A stretch of 64,000 nt of DNA from assembly GCA_030390025.1 (NCBI GenBank), contig JASTWF010000033.1, positions 312,001-376,000 on the forward strand, in the 5' to 3' direction. This DNA is from Squalus acanthias. Lineage: Eukaryota. Shown here piece by piece: positions 38,541-51,510 of this stretch. The translations under genes and the position numbers were made by a program. Each line of letters opens with the position of its first letter. Within the stretch, counting starts at the first letter, position 1. The notes beneath the pieces are model-generated. The model saw only the letters and a list, made by a program, of their open reading frames with translations, was not told the DNA's origin and searched no databases.

Positions 38541-41526
38541 TAACAAGAGTGTCCGAGATTTACTGCAGTATTCGGCTTCCCAACAAAGTAACCACATTGT
38601 CACAGTCAAAGCGCATAATTCCCCAAGGAATATATTGGTTATTGCTGCCCACTGTGTGTATAATTATTTACAGCCTGTCGTGAGCGTCTGTGTCCCGCCA
38701 GTCTGTGACTGGGGGAAGTTGCTCCTAAAGCCAAGTTACTGACATTTACTCCGACAATGGTTCTGCCGCCGCACGAGCTGCAGCAGAATCGCGCGGATCG
38801 TATTAAAGACCTCGGGTGACACGTCCCAGCTGAAATTTCTAGGCTTATTGTGAACTGGGATTTTTAAAATCGATTACTAAATGTTTTGATGGATTATGTA
38901 GGATTTAACATTGTAGAATTAATTGGATCTGAAAGTAAATGTGGCACAGGATGGATGTTAGAAAGGCCCGTGACAAGGGATAAAGAGTGGATGAGATTTA
39001 CATGTGTTTTATAGGGGCAGGGACTGGTTAGGGGAAACACACAGCACTGAAACACCCCACCCTTGTTATATCACATGACAGAAAACTAAGATCACTGGGC
39101 TTTCAGCAGGGTCTGGTGGAGTAAGGCTGCTCGTGACGCTATTTGTTGGCAGAATCTTGAAACAGCAGGAGTGTTTCCTATGTCGGCCATTTGTTAAATA
39201 TATAAGATTCGATGCCGCTGGGAATGGTAATCAGGGAAACTTTCCTACCCCGTTTCTGTGGTCGTAGATGCACAGCCAGGAGCGTGAATCTTCCCCGTGG
39301 ATCTTGGGTTAGTTCAGGCCTGTAGACCGTACAGAGGGTCCAGGCATTCCCTGTGGGCATAAAGGTGTAATGAAGCAATCTGAATATTACATGGTTGAAC
39401 AGATTGGACACAAGATCTACCAGCAAATGTTACCATTCCTCTGCTCGCTGTTTTCATTGATAGCTCAATTGTGACAGTGACGATTCCCTGTGTTCGGCAT
39501 TTCTTGTGGAATCGTGAACTGGTGGTAGCTGAATGTGTTAACGGTTTGGTTAGCGATACGTCACAGAGGAAATCTTCAAGGAGGTCTTTAGGATATCCTT
39601 ACATACAGCGCCCAGAGAAGCACAGAGGTGCATCTTCCCTTACCAGTGAAATGTGAGTAACATCCGCATTGATTACTGACCCAGTCTCAGGTCCTTACAT
39701 CCTTGCAGAAACCCAGTGGAAACTACATATCGCCATGAATGCCCATTGGCGAGACTTATATCCGGAAAGGTGTGACAGGTCTGACGGTTTGTTACAACCC
39801 CTGGTTCACAATTCTTCTGCAAGTCTGCTGCAGTGAGATGATGGCTGCCTTCAAATCAATTTCCCAGAGGCCCTACTTCTAGCCAAATATTTAACATATT
39901 TTAAAAGGATCCGTTAACTACTTGCCAAGAAATACCGAGCAGAGAGAACCTACAGCAGTGCCTGTGCAACGTCACTGACCATAGCTAGAGATAGATTATC
40001 CCCTGTATCTAATTTCATGTACAAACTATGGAATATGATGTCGTCAGCAATTACATTGTAAATGGAGGGAAACTGTGATAGTAGGATCAATTTGTTTTAA
40101 CGTGACATAGGGACATTAGGAAAAGGAATAGGCCATTCAGCCCCTCGATACTGCTCCGCCATTCCATTAGATCCTGGCTGATCTGTCCCTTAACTCCAGC
40201 TCCCCGCCTATGCTCCATCTCCCTTGATACCCTTTCCTGACATGACTGTATTTGTAGTGATTTGCCTAAATAATGTGTCAGAAACAATGGGAACTTGTTT
40301 CGGATCCCTAATAGTGTGGAAATTAAAAGCTCTCCTCAGTAGATGTTATGTTCAGCTTTGTTTTGAATGTTATTATTATTTCATTAATTTTATTAAATTA
40401 CTTTTAGACTCTGTCAACGCAAAGTTTCAGAATATAATATAAATTATGTTCCATGCTGTTAGTTCTGGGTTTAAATCTAACACTTATTTTTCTGCACGTG
40501 TTAATTCACCTTTTAGTTTGCGCCAATGATTTAATTAGTAAAACTCACCAACAAACATCATAAAAGCTACACCTTGAACAAATAATGTAATGTAGGGATG
40601 AAATTCAGCCTAGAAACCGGCGCCCTGAATCCCATTAATTCACGACCGATATTGAATGCACCGGAGCATCTAGAGAATTGGGTGTGTTACTGGAAAATGG
40701 GAAATAACCCGGACAATTAACCCCATATAATCATTAAGCGGTATGATCATTAGTACAACAAGGTTCATACATTCTTAGACATTGAGTATTCAGTCCTAGA
40801 ATCAATGTTCTGATTATTATTTGGATGACTTGATTCATTCATTAATAACGCAGAAATCCAATCATCAATTTACCGAAGTGAAGCTTTCAATTCAATGCAG
40901 CTAAATTGTGTGAATCCGTTCTGTAGTTAACTGCCGGGAACTAAAGGCTGGTTGTGATATTCCGCTACACAGGTTTAGCGGCTTTCAGTGGCTTTCCTCT
41001 TTTTCATGACTTGAAAATTTAAGCCGTTTGTTATAAACCGGTTGTGCGTCCATTGAAAGAATATTCGAGTGATGTCACTCCAAAGTATTGCTGCACTAAT
41101 ATCACAATCGGCAATTTCCAGTGACACATCCTTCAAATGACCAGAAGGACACAAAGTCTAAAATTACTTGTTGTCATTCATGGGCTGATGCTGCATAGCT
41201 TCCCATGTTGCCCCCTTTTCCCTGTTTTAAGGCAGGCGGTAACACATTAATTTTAGAGGTGTTGCCGTGTAAAGTGTCCAATTCTAAAGAGGACAAGAGG
41301 AGTTAACACAACAATGAAATAATACAGAAAGGGAAATCAGGCGAACTTCTTAAGCTATTATCCCATGACACAATTTTAACCGACGCCCTTAAAGAATAAA
41401 CTAAAGCAAATTAACTGGATGTCCAGCAGAAAGGGCGAAGTGTCATAGTGTCAGCAACGCTCAATTTGCGATCTCTGGTTATTGGAGTGTTAGGGCCTTA
41501 AGCTGCATTTTGAGTGAAGGTATTAC

Positions 41527-41539
41527 GCGCCCTCTAGTG
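41527..41539 (-). promoter_or_regulatory. Putative CTCF site
   Basis: Minus strand reads CACTAGAGGGCGC, matching the core consensus CCASYAGRKGGCR except the first base. Confidence 0.6.
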
Positions 41540-41604
41540 AATAATTGCTGCTATTTCAGTACTATCGGAGTAGAGGAACGGAAGCAGATCATTCAGATCC
41601 CAGA

Positions 41605-43292
41605 AATAACAACAGAAAATGCTGGAAATACTCAGCAGGCCAGGCAGCATCAGTGGAGAGAGAAACAGAGTTAACGGTTCAGGTCTGGGATTCTTCATCA
41701 GAACTGGAGAAAGCTGGCGATGTAACATATATTAAGCAGGTGCAGAGACAGGGGGTGGGGGATTAGGAGGAGAGGAAGGAATTGAAAGAACATACTATGC
41801 TTCTGTAAGAGGCAGGAAAGTTAAAATGTTGCAAATGGGTAAGGCAAAATCAAACAGCATGAAAAATGGGGCCAGGGATTATTGTCTGAAATTGTTGAAC
41901 TCGATGTTGAGTCCGGAAGGCTGTTAAGTGCCTAATCGAAAGATGAGGTGCTGCTCCTCGAGCTTACGTTGAGCTACATTGGAGCAGTGTAATAGGCCGA
42001 GGCCAGAGAGATCAGAATGGGAGTGAAGCGGAGAATTAAAGTGACAGGCGACCAGAAGCTCAGGGTCACCCTTACGGACTGAACGGAGGTGTTCCGCAAA
42101 GCGGTCACCCAATCTCCGTTTGGTCTCCCCAATGTAGAGGAGACCTCATCGTGAGAAGCCAATACATTATATTAAATTGCAAGAAGTACAAGTAAATCGC
42201 TGTTTCAACTGGAAGGAGTGTTTTCGGCCCTGGACAGTGGGAAGGGTGGAGGTAAAAGGGCAGGTGTTGCATCTCCTGCGCTTGCACGGGAAGGTGCCAG
42301 GCGTAGGATAGGGGCTGTTAGGTGTGATTGAGGAGTGGACCAGTACCACGATAGGGTTTCCCTTATCCTCACCTTTCATCCCACCAGCCTGCACATTTAA
42401 CGGATAATCCTCCGCCATTTATGCCACCTCCAACGTGATCCCACCACCAAACACATCTTCCCCTCACCTCCCCTTTCAGCATTTCGAAGAGACCGCTCTC
42501 ACCGCGACAATCTGGTCCACTCTTCAATCAATCACACCTAACAGCCCTTTTCCTACGCCTGGCACCTTCCCGTGCAAGCGCAGGAGATGCAACACATGCC
42601 CTTTTACCTCCTCCCTTCCCACTGTCCAGGGCCCCAAACAGCCCTTCCAGGTGAAACAGCGATTTACTTGAATTTCTTACAATCTAGTATACTGTATTCG
42701 CTGCTCTCGATGTGGTCTCCTCTACATTGGGGAGACCAAACGCAGATTGGTTGACCACTTTGCAGAATACCTCCGTTCAGTCCGTAAGGGTGACCCTGAG
42801 CTTCCGGTCGCCTGTCACTTTAATTCTCCGCTTCACTCCCACTCTGATCTCTCTATCCACGGCCTATTACACTGTTCCAATGAAGCTCAACGTAAGGTCG
42901 AGGAACAGCACCTCATCTTTCGATTAGGCACTTTTGAGCCTTCTGGACTCAACATCGAGTTCAACAATTTCAGACAATAATCCCTGCCCCCATTTTCCAT
43001 TTTGTATGAATTTGCCATTCCCATTTGCAACATTTTATCTTTCCTGCCTCTTTCATAAGTACAGTATATTCTTTCAATTCCTTCCTCCCCTCCTAAAGCA
43101 ACCCCCCCCCCCCCGTCTCTGCACCTGCTTAATATCTGTTACATCTCCAGCTTTTTCCAGTTCTGATGAAGGGTCCCAGACCTGAAACGTTGACTCCGTT
43201 TCTTTCTCCACGTATGCTGCCTGGCCTGCTGAGTATTCCCAGCATTTTTGTTGTTATTTCAGATTTCCAGCATCCGCAGAATTTTGCTATTG
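41605..43292. mobile_element. Penelope-like element as a head-to-head inverted pair with a 14-bp TSD
   Basis: Minus copy ~41605-42345 and plus copy ~42346-43292; GIY-YIG VYCIRCSRCGLLYIGETKRR; ATTCAGATCCCAGA at 41591-41604 and 43293-43306; empty site in the paralog near 45230. Confidence 0.92.
43159..43195 (+). ncRNA. Minimal hammerhead motif (degenerate antisense copy at 41669-41705)
   Basis: AGTT-CTGATGA-A-GGGTC-CCA-GACCT-GAAA-CGTT-GACT. Confidence 0.6.
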
Positions 43293-43399
43293 ATTCAGAT
43301 CCCAGAGCCTGTTCCTCCATTCAATGAGATCATGACTGTTCTCTGTTTCAACTCCAATTGGTGGATGTCCCTTGGAACCCTTACCTAACAAATATCTAT

Positions 43400-44240
43400 C
43401 AGAAGAACATAAGAACTTTAGAATTTGGAGCAGGAGTAGCCCATACGGCCCTTCGAACCTGCTCCGCCATTCAAAAAGATCATGGCTGATCTTCCACCTC
43501 AACTCCACTTGCCCGCCCGATTCCCATATTCCTTGATTCCCCTAGAGTCCAAAAATCTATCTATCTCAGCCTTCAATATACTCAACGATTCAACATCCAC
43601 GGCCCTTTTGGGGTAGAGAATTCCAAAGAGTCACAACCCTCTGAGTGAAGAAATTCCTCCTCATCTCAGTCTTAAGTGGCCGTCCTCTTATCCTGAGACT
43701 ATGCCCCCTGGTTCTAGACTCTCCAGCCGGGGGCAACAACCTCTCAACCTCTACCCTGCCAATCCCCTCGGAATCTTAGAAGGTTCAATGAGCTCACCTC
43801 TCATTATTCTAAACTCCAGAGAGTCTCGGCCCAATCTAGTCAATCCCTCCTCATAGGACAGCTCTCTCATCCCAGTGATCAATCTAGTGAACCTTTTGTT
43901 GCACCCCTCAACCAACATCACTAAAACAGATTATATGGTCATTATCGCATTATTGTTTGAGGGAGTTTGCTGTGCCCAATTTGTCTGCCGCATTTTCTAC
44001 AGTACAACAGTGAAAGCCAATCAAACGTATTTGGCTGTAATGCGCTTTGGGACGTCCTGAGGTCGTTAAATATGCTATATAATTGCAAATCTTTATTTTT
44101 CTTTCTTTACCTCAGATAAGGAGACCAAAGCTGTGCACAGCCCCAGGTGTGGTATCACCAAAGTCCTGTACAATTGCAGCAAGTCTTCCTTCGTCTTGTA
44201 CGCCAACCCCTTGCAATAAAGGCCATCATGCCATTTGCCT
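43400..44240 (-). mobile_element. CR1 3' fragment with a nested + strand SINE 3' half (43905-44105)
   Basis: CR1 3' UTR/RT end on the minus strand; SINE body matches 46690-46880. Confidence 0.8.
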
Positions 44241-45161
44241 TCCTAATATCATTTTATTACAACAACCAACTTTTATACAGCGCCTGTAACTCAGTAAAAC
44301 GTCCCAAGGCGCTTCACAGGAGTGTTATAAACAACATCTGACACCGAGCCACAGAAGGTGATTTTGGGAAACGATGCACAGCAGATACTGGCGAAAGTTT
44401 AATTCCACAGCTCACCGAAATTGGAATTGACTCGGAGCTTCTCCCGCTTTGCAGGGTATCTTCATGGAACCTCTGAAGTAATGGCGATGGAGCCAGATGG
44501 TGCTCCAAATAAATTCCCGGTGTAAAGCATCTTCAGCATTTTGGTGGAATTTTGCCTGTGTTCTATATTGGCGGAGACACTGCCCTGTTAAACATAAATA
44601 GGTTAACATGTTATCTAAAATTGGAATTTCAAGCACACTGAGAAAGCAGCGGGAAGTTATTATCCCGCAGAATAAATCAAGACACAGGAAACAAAATACA
44701 CGTGTCAAATTAAATCTAATAGCCTGATGGGAATGTAATTCAATTCCAGGAGTGGTATGGAAACCACTAAAACATGCCTCTGATTGATGCTATCATCTGA
44801 AGACATTAACCTGTGCCCGGTTTCACCAATCTCCTGCTTCTCATTCACTTGATCTGAACTATCGTCCAAGCAATTCCCACCCATTAGTACCTGCGCTAGA
44901 TTGGACCGGCTGAAAGTACCTGTTTCAGATGGTGAAGTTTATGCAAGAATAAAATATCAGAGAAAGGGAATTGAGGAGAACTTCTTTAGCTATTATACCA
45001 CAACACAATTTCAACCCATGCCCTTCAAATAAAACTAAAGCAAAGTAAATGTATATCCAGCAGAAATGGTGACGTGTCGTAGTGTCACCAGAGCTCAATT
45101 TACAATCTCTGGTTATTGGTGTGTTGGTGCCAAGGAGCTTCAGATTGTGTGACGGCATTGC

Positions 45162-45174
45162 GCGCCATCTAGTG
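45162..45174 (-). promoter_or_regulatory. Putative CTCF site (paralog of 41527-41539)
   Basis: Minus strand reads CACTAGATGGCGC. Confidence 0.6.
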
Positions 45175-45344
45175 ACTAATTGCTGCTATTGTAGTAATTC
45201 GGACTGTAGGAATAGGAGTCGGTCATTCAGATCACACAGCTTGTTCCTCCATTCAGTGAGATCATGACTGATCTCTATCTCAACTCCATTTACCCGTCTT
45301 AACTGCACGTCCTTTGATAACCTTACCTAAGAAAACTCTATCAT

Positions 45345-46985
45345 AAGTACATGAGAACTTAAGAATTAGAAGCAGGAGTAGGTCATGCTGCCCCTCGAGC
45401 CTGCTCCGCCATTCAACATTATCACGGCTGATCTTCGACCTCAACTCCACTTTCTCGCCCTATCCCCATATTCCTTGATTATCCCAGAGTCCAATAATTT
45501 TTCTATCTCAGCCTTGAATATATTCAGCGATTCAGCATCCACAGCCCTTTGGGGTAGAGAATTCCAAAGACTCGTAACCCTCTTAGTGAAGAAATTCCTC
45601 CTCATCTCAGTCTTAAATGGCCTACCCCATATCCTGAGACCTTGCCCCCTAGTTCGAGACACTCCAGACAGGGGAAACAACCTCTCATCATCTAACCCTG
45701 GCAATCCCCTTCAGAATATTGTATGTTTCAATGCGATCACCTCTCATTCTTCTAAAATCCAGAGAGTATAGGCCCATTCTACACAATCTCTTTTCATAGG
45801 ACAACCCTCTCATCCCAGGTATCAATCTAGTGAACCTTCGTTGCAACCCTCAAACAACATCACTATAACAGATTATTTGATCAATTGTGGGAGTTTGCTG
45901 TGCGCATTTTGGTTGCCGCACTTTTTACAGTATAACAGTGACAGTGCATCAAAAGCATGTGTCTGTAAAGCGTTTTGGAACGTCCTGAGGTCGTGAGAGG
46001 CGCTATATAAATGCAAGTCTTCCTTTTTTTAATTTATTTTCCTCAGATAAGGAGACCAAAGCTGTGCACAGTACTCCAGGTGCGGTCTCACCAAGGCCCT
46101 GTACAACTGTAGTAAGACTTCCTTACTCTTGTACTCTAACCTCCTTTCAATAAAGGCCAACATGCCATTTTCCTTCCTTATTGCTTGCTGTACCTGAGGA
46201 CACTTAAATCTCTCTGAACAACAAAATGTAATACTTTCTCACTATTTAAAAAATATTCTGTTTTTCTATTCTTCCTACCAAAATGAATAACCTCATGTAT
46301 CATCAAATTATACTCCACCTGCAACCTTATTGCCAGCTCACTCATCCTGTCTACATCCCGTTGCAAACTCTTTGTGTCCTCCTCACAGCTTACTTTCCCA
46401 CTCTGATTTGTTTCGTCAACAAGCTTGGATATATTACACTCGGTTCCTTCATCTAAGTTATTAATATAGATTGTAAATAGCTAAAGTCCAAGCACTGATA
46501 CTTGCGGCACCCCACTAATTACAGCCTGCCAACATGAAAATGACCCGTTTGGCGCCGTCTTTCAGATGAGACTTTAAACCAAAGCCACGTTTGCTCTCTC
46601 AGGTGCACTTAAAAGTTCCCATAGCACTATTTCGAAGAAGAGCAGGGGAATTATCCTCGGTGTCCTGACCAATATTTATCACTCAATCAACATCAGTAAA
46701 ACAGATTATCAGGTCATTATCACATTACTGTTTGTGGTATCTTGCTGTGCGCAAATTGTCTGCCGTGTTTCCTACATTGCAACAGTGACTACACTTCAAA
46801 AAGTACTTCATTGGCTGTAAAGCGCTTTCAGCCATCCGGTGGTCGTGAAAGGAGCTATATAAATGCAAGTCTTTCTTTCTTACTTTCTGTTTTCTGTCCG
46901 TTAACCAATCCTCTATCCATGCTAGTATATTCCCCCCAACACCATGAGCCCTTTTCTTTCTTAGCAACCTTTTATGTGACACCTT
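45345..46985 (-). mobile_element. CR1 fragment with nested SINEs (45850-46030 and 46550-46880)
   Basis: ORFs 45441-45704 and 46178-46366, plus the HGVGGNILAWIEDWL stretch. Confidence 0.85.
46550..46880 (+). mobile_element. SacSINE1/DeuSINE-like SINE
   Basis: GCCGTCTTTCAGATGAG..GCACTATTTCGAAGAAGAGCAGGGG..TTGCTGTGCGCAAATTG..TATATAAATGCAAGTCTTTCTTTC; family recognised from memory. Confidence 0.75.
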
Positions 46986-46989
46986 ATCG

Positions 46990-47740
46990 ATCTCAGTCTT
47001 TCAAATTTCAATTTTCCCAGCGTCACTAACTTTTAAGGAGAGTTCCAGATTTTCACTACCTTTTGTGTGAAAAACTGTTTCCTAATTTCAGTCCGGAATG
47101 AACTAACTCTCATTTTCTGATGCTGTCGCCTTGTTTTGAATACCCCGCCCGAGGAAACAGTTTCTCCATGTCTATGTTATCGAATCCTTTATAATTTTAA
47201 ACACTGCGATCAGATCACTACTCATCCTTCTAAACTCAAGGGAATACAACCCAATTTGGTGGAACTTGCCCTCGTAATTTATCCCTTTAAGGCCTGGTAT
47301 CATTCTGTTAAATCTGCATGGTAATCCCTCCAAGGTCAATATATCCTTCCTGAGGTGTGGTGCCGAGAACTGACCGCAGTGCTCCTGATTGTGCCTGAGC
47401 AAGGCTCTATACATCTGTAACTTATCATCCTCCCCATTGTATTTCAGCTCCCCTGAGAAAAAGGCCAACATTTTTTTGGCTTATTGATTATATTTTGTAC
47501 CTGTCCACTAATTGTTGATTTATTGATTTTTGTCCATGGACCGCTCAATCTCTTTGCTGCTCTACAGTTCCTAATTTCTCGCTGTTGAGAAGATGTTCTT
47601 ATTTGCCTTTATCCAATCCACAGTGCATGCTCTCACACTTCCTCATGTTGAACTCCAGCTGCCACAGTTTTGCCACTCACTCAGTCTGTCGCTGTTCCTT
47701 TTCAACCTCCAGCTCCCATCTGCACAACTTTCTGTGCCTG
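46990..47740 (-). mobile_element. Degenerate CR1 fragment
   Basis: ORF 47172-47471 (YRALLR..HLRKDI, YSLEFRRM). Confidence 0.75.
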
Positions 47741-48744
47741 CTAACGAGGGAATGAAATCGTTAATAAAATAATGATGCTGCAACATAGTTTGTTTATCCC
47801 GCGCCTGGCCACATGATGGCGTGCCAGAGCTTTGCAGCGACCTCGCTGTGTCGCTCACCCTGCCGCGTGCGCACCTTCCGCTTTCACGAATACACAGAGA
47901 TCTGACCTCGGCCTTTCCATCTTGTTCTATATTTGGGTGATTTCGGGTCTTCTCACAGATCCTATCTCTGCCTCTCTCCCGCTGCCTGTCGTTCCCACTC
48001 TCACTTTGATTCCAATTTTCCTTCTTTGTCCTCCTTTAATTCATGGGGTCCAGGAAACGATTGGTCAGTATGTTTAATAAATGACATTGAAACTTTATAT
48101 CACATATTGTTACTCTTTGCTTCCCCGATAATGATCCCACTTCCCTTGAGCGCAACTGCCTGAGCCTGCTGACAGCACAAGGCACTGGATTCTTTACAGA
48201 CTCCCAGGAAAGGCCCAAGGATTGTTCTGTGAATACAGCTTTAAGGGCTGACATGAAGTAACATTGCTCCACTGCCAAGCAACACTCATCATAATTCAAG
48301 AAAAATGCAACATCAAAATAAATGACAGGATTCTCCAGCTTCCAGCTTCCCGACTGAATTTTAATCGAAGGAATCTTTCTCACCAGAACGTCGAACAAGC
48401 TGCTGCAGCGCAGTTAGTGTGAGTGTAGGTTCGCGCATGTAGTGCGTTCGAGATAATGTTGCTCGTGTTTGTATCCGTTTCCTGATTGCTTCTCTTGACT
48501 GAACAGTCAGGTCCCCATGGAGATAATACAGCTCGTTCGCACGCTACTCCTGTTTCTTCATGCAAGACCACACAAATAAACGGCGATCAGAGGCCTTTCG
48601 GCCTTCGCAGGCCATCGCTTTCGTTCTCACGTCATCCAGCACAGTAATTGCCAATATGTCAAATGACTTCAGCATCTTTCAATCTTTCACAGACTATTAC
48701 ACATTAACTCAACGAGGTAGATTGTAGTTTGTACTTTGGATGGG

Positions 48745-50135
48745 AGAGGGCTGAACCAGCAAACTACAGGCCAGTCAGACTAACAGCGGTGGTGGGGAAG
48801 TTATTGGTAACCATTATCAGGGACAAAATAAACTTTCATTTGGAATGTCTTGGGTTAATCAAGGAGAGCCAGTATGGATTTGTTAAAGCTAAATCGTGTC
48901 TGACTAGCTTGATTGAATTCTTTGATGAGTTAACAGCGAAGGTTGATCAAAGCAATGCAGTAGATGTTGTATATAAGGATTTTCGGAAGGCATTCGACCA
49001 AGTAGCACACAGGAGGCGTATTACGCAGATGGAAGCCCATGGAATTAAGGGGAAAGTGGCGGTATGGTTACAAAAGTGGCTCAGTGTTGGAAGCAGAGGG
49101 CGGGGTGGATGGATGATTTTCAGACTGGGAGGAGGTTTGCAATGTTGTTCCCCAAGGGTCAGTTTCAGGTCCATCAGTATTTCCATTTTTTAGAAAGACC
49201 TAAGCTCGTGTGTAGGAAGCAGCATTATAAAGTTTATAGATGATACGAAACTTGGCAAAGTACTAGATAGTGATGAGAATAGTTATAGACATTGAAATGG
49301 TGAAATGGGCAAAAGCACGGCACATGGAGTCCAATGTGGAGAAGTGTGAAGTGATGCAATTGTGGAGGATTATTATGGAAAGACAGTAAACTATAATAGC
49401 CCAAATTTGAAAAGTACAGATGAGCAGAGAGATCTTGGTTTCCATATGCACAAATCCTTAATGGGCTTTTTGATAAGGCCGTTAAAAAAGCATATGCGTT
49501 ACTTGGGTTTATAAATAGAGGAATAGAATACAAAAGCAAGAAGATCATACTCGAAATTTATAAATCACTGGCAAGGCCTCAGCTCGAGCATTTTGGACAA
49601 TTCTGGGCAGCACACTTCAGGAAATATGTAAAGGCCTAAGAAAGTGCGCAGAGCGGGTTTAGCAGGATCTTACCATGGGGCAATCCAGTTGTATGAAGAG
49701 GTTGGAAACGTTAGGATTTTTCCCCTTGGAACAGAGAAGGTTCAGTGGTGATCTAATGGAGGGTTTCAAGATGATGAGAGGTTTTGATAGAGTAAATAGC
49801 GAAAAAAAAATCCCTCTGGCGAATGTGTCAATATCTGGAGATCATAGTTTCCAAATCATTGGAGAAAGGTCTAGAGGGGAGTAGAGGAGAACCTTGTTCA
49901 CTCAGAGAGTTGTCAGGATCTGGAAGGCTCTACCTGAAAAGGTGGTGGAAGCTGATTCAATTAACAATTTAAAAAAGCAGTTGGGCGGGTTCTTGAGGAT
50001 GAGAATCCGAGAGGATCACGGACAAAAAGCGGGAATGCGGGGCTCAGACTGACTGCGCTTTCAAAGAGCTAGCACAGGCACGGCGGGCCGAATGGCCTCC
50101 TCCTGTGCTGTAAGTTTCTATAATTCTAAGATTCT
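48745..50135 (+). mobile_element. Degenerate CR1 RT region to 3' end
   Basis: NYRPVRLT, SCLTSLIEFFD; 3' UTR GGGCCGAATGGCCTCCTCCTGTGCTG. Confidence 0.88.
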
Positions 50136-50444
50136 ACCTCCTGGATGTAAAACATCCTCTGGCTCTTGCGCCGAATGGAAAATCAGGCTGGGAAGTTCGA
50201 TCATGCATTACTGTTCCGACTTTTAATTAATTAAATTAAGATTACGAAAATCAGGCTTTGCATCCGACGGAAAACGTGATCAAGATATTTCCAGAGGCCT
50301 CACAATTCCACACAGGGATAATTGCAGGACAAGGCTTCAATGGTCCGTGTGAATTTCCTCAGCCCGTTAACCCAGAGTACACAATTACCAATTTATTCGA
50401 TATACTGAAATTATTGACACGGATTATCCAGTGCCTATGCGGTC

Positions 50445-51510
50445 GTAAATCCAAGCATGGAAAAAGGAACTGAATTCCAGAGGTGAGGTGAGAGTGACTG
50501 CCCTTGACATCAAGGCAGCATTTGACCGAGTCTGGCATCAAGGAGCACTAGTAAAACTCAAGTCAATGGGAATCAGGGGGGAAACGCTTCACTAACTGGA
50601 GTCATACCTAGCACAAAGGAAGATGGTTGTGGTGGTTGAAGGTCAATCATCACAGCCCCAGGACATCGCTGCAGGAGATCCTCAGGGCAGTGTTCTAGGC
50701 CCAACCATTTCAGCTGCTTCATCAATGATCTTCCCTCCAACAAAAGGTCAGAAATTGGGATGTCCTCTGATGACTGCACAGTGTTCAGCGCCATCACAAC
50801 TCCTCAGATAATGAAGCAGTCCATGCCCGCATGCAACAAGACCTGGATGACGTTCAGGCTTGGGCTGATAAGTGGCAGGGAACATTCACGCCACAGAAGT
50901 GCCAAGCAATGACTATCTCCAACAAGCAAGAGTCTAACCACCGCCCCTTGACATTCAACGGCATTACCATCGCCGAATCCCCCACCCTCAACATCATTGA
51001 CCAGAAACTTAACTGGACCAGCCACATAAATACTGTGGCAACAAGAGCAGGTCAGAGGCTGGGAATTCTGCGGCGAGTGACTCGCCTCCTGACTACCCAA
51101 AGCCTTTCCACCATTTTCAAGGCACAAGTAAGGAGTGCGTCGTAATACTCTCCACTTGCCTGGATGAGTGCAGCTGGAACAACACTCAAGAAGCTCGACA
51201 CCATCCAGGATAAAGCAGCCCGTTTCATTGACACCCCATCCACCACCTTAAACATTCACTCCCTCCACCACCGGCGCACCGTGGCTGCAGTGTGTACCAT
51301 CTACAAGATGCACTGCAGCAAGTCGCCAAGGCTTCTTCGGCAGCACCTCCCAAACCCGCGCCCTCTTCCACCTAGAAGGACAAGGGAAGCAGGCACATGG
51401 GAACACCACCACCTCCAGGTTCCCCTCCAAGTCACACACCTTCCTGACTTAGAAGTATATCGCCGATGCTTCATCGTCACTGGGTCAAAACCCTGGAACT
51501 CCCTACCAAA
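50445..51510 (+). mobile_element. LINE RT fragment of a second CR1-clade family
   Basis: [35 protein letters not shown] and WNSLP motifs. Confidence 0.85.

Noticed and set aside
38628..38660. CACTGTG with upstream GGTTATTGC as a possible RSS
   Set aside because: Spacing is far shorter than 12 or 23 bp and no J or D coding segment follows
39178..39656. ORFs in non-repetitive-looking DNA
   Set aside because: No recognisable domain or consistent splice frame; part resembles an eroded RTE 3' end
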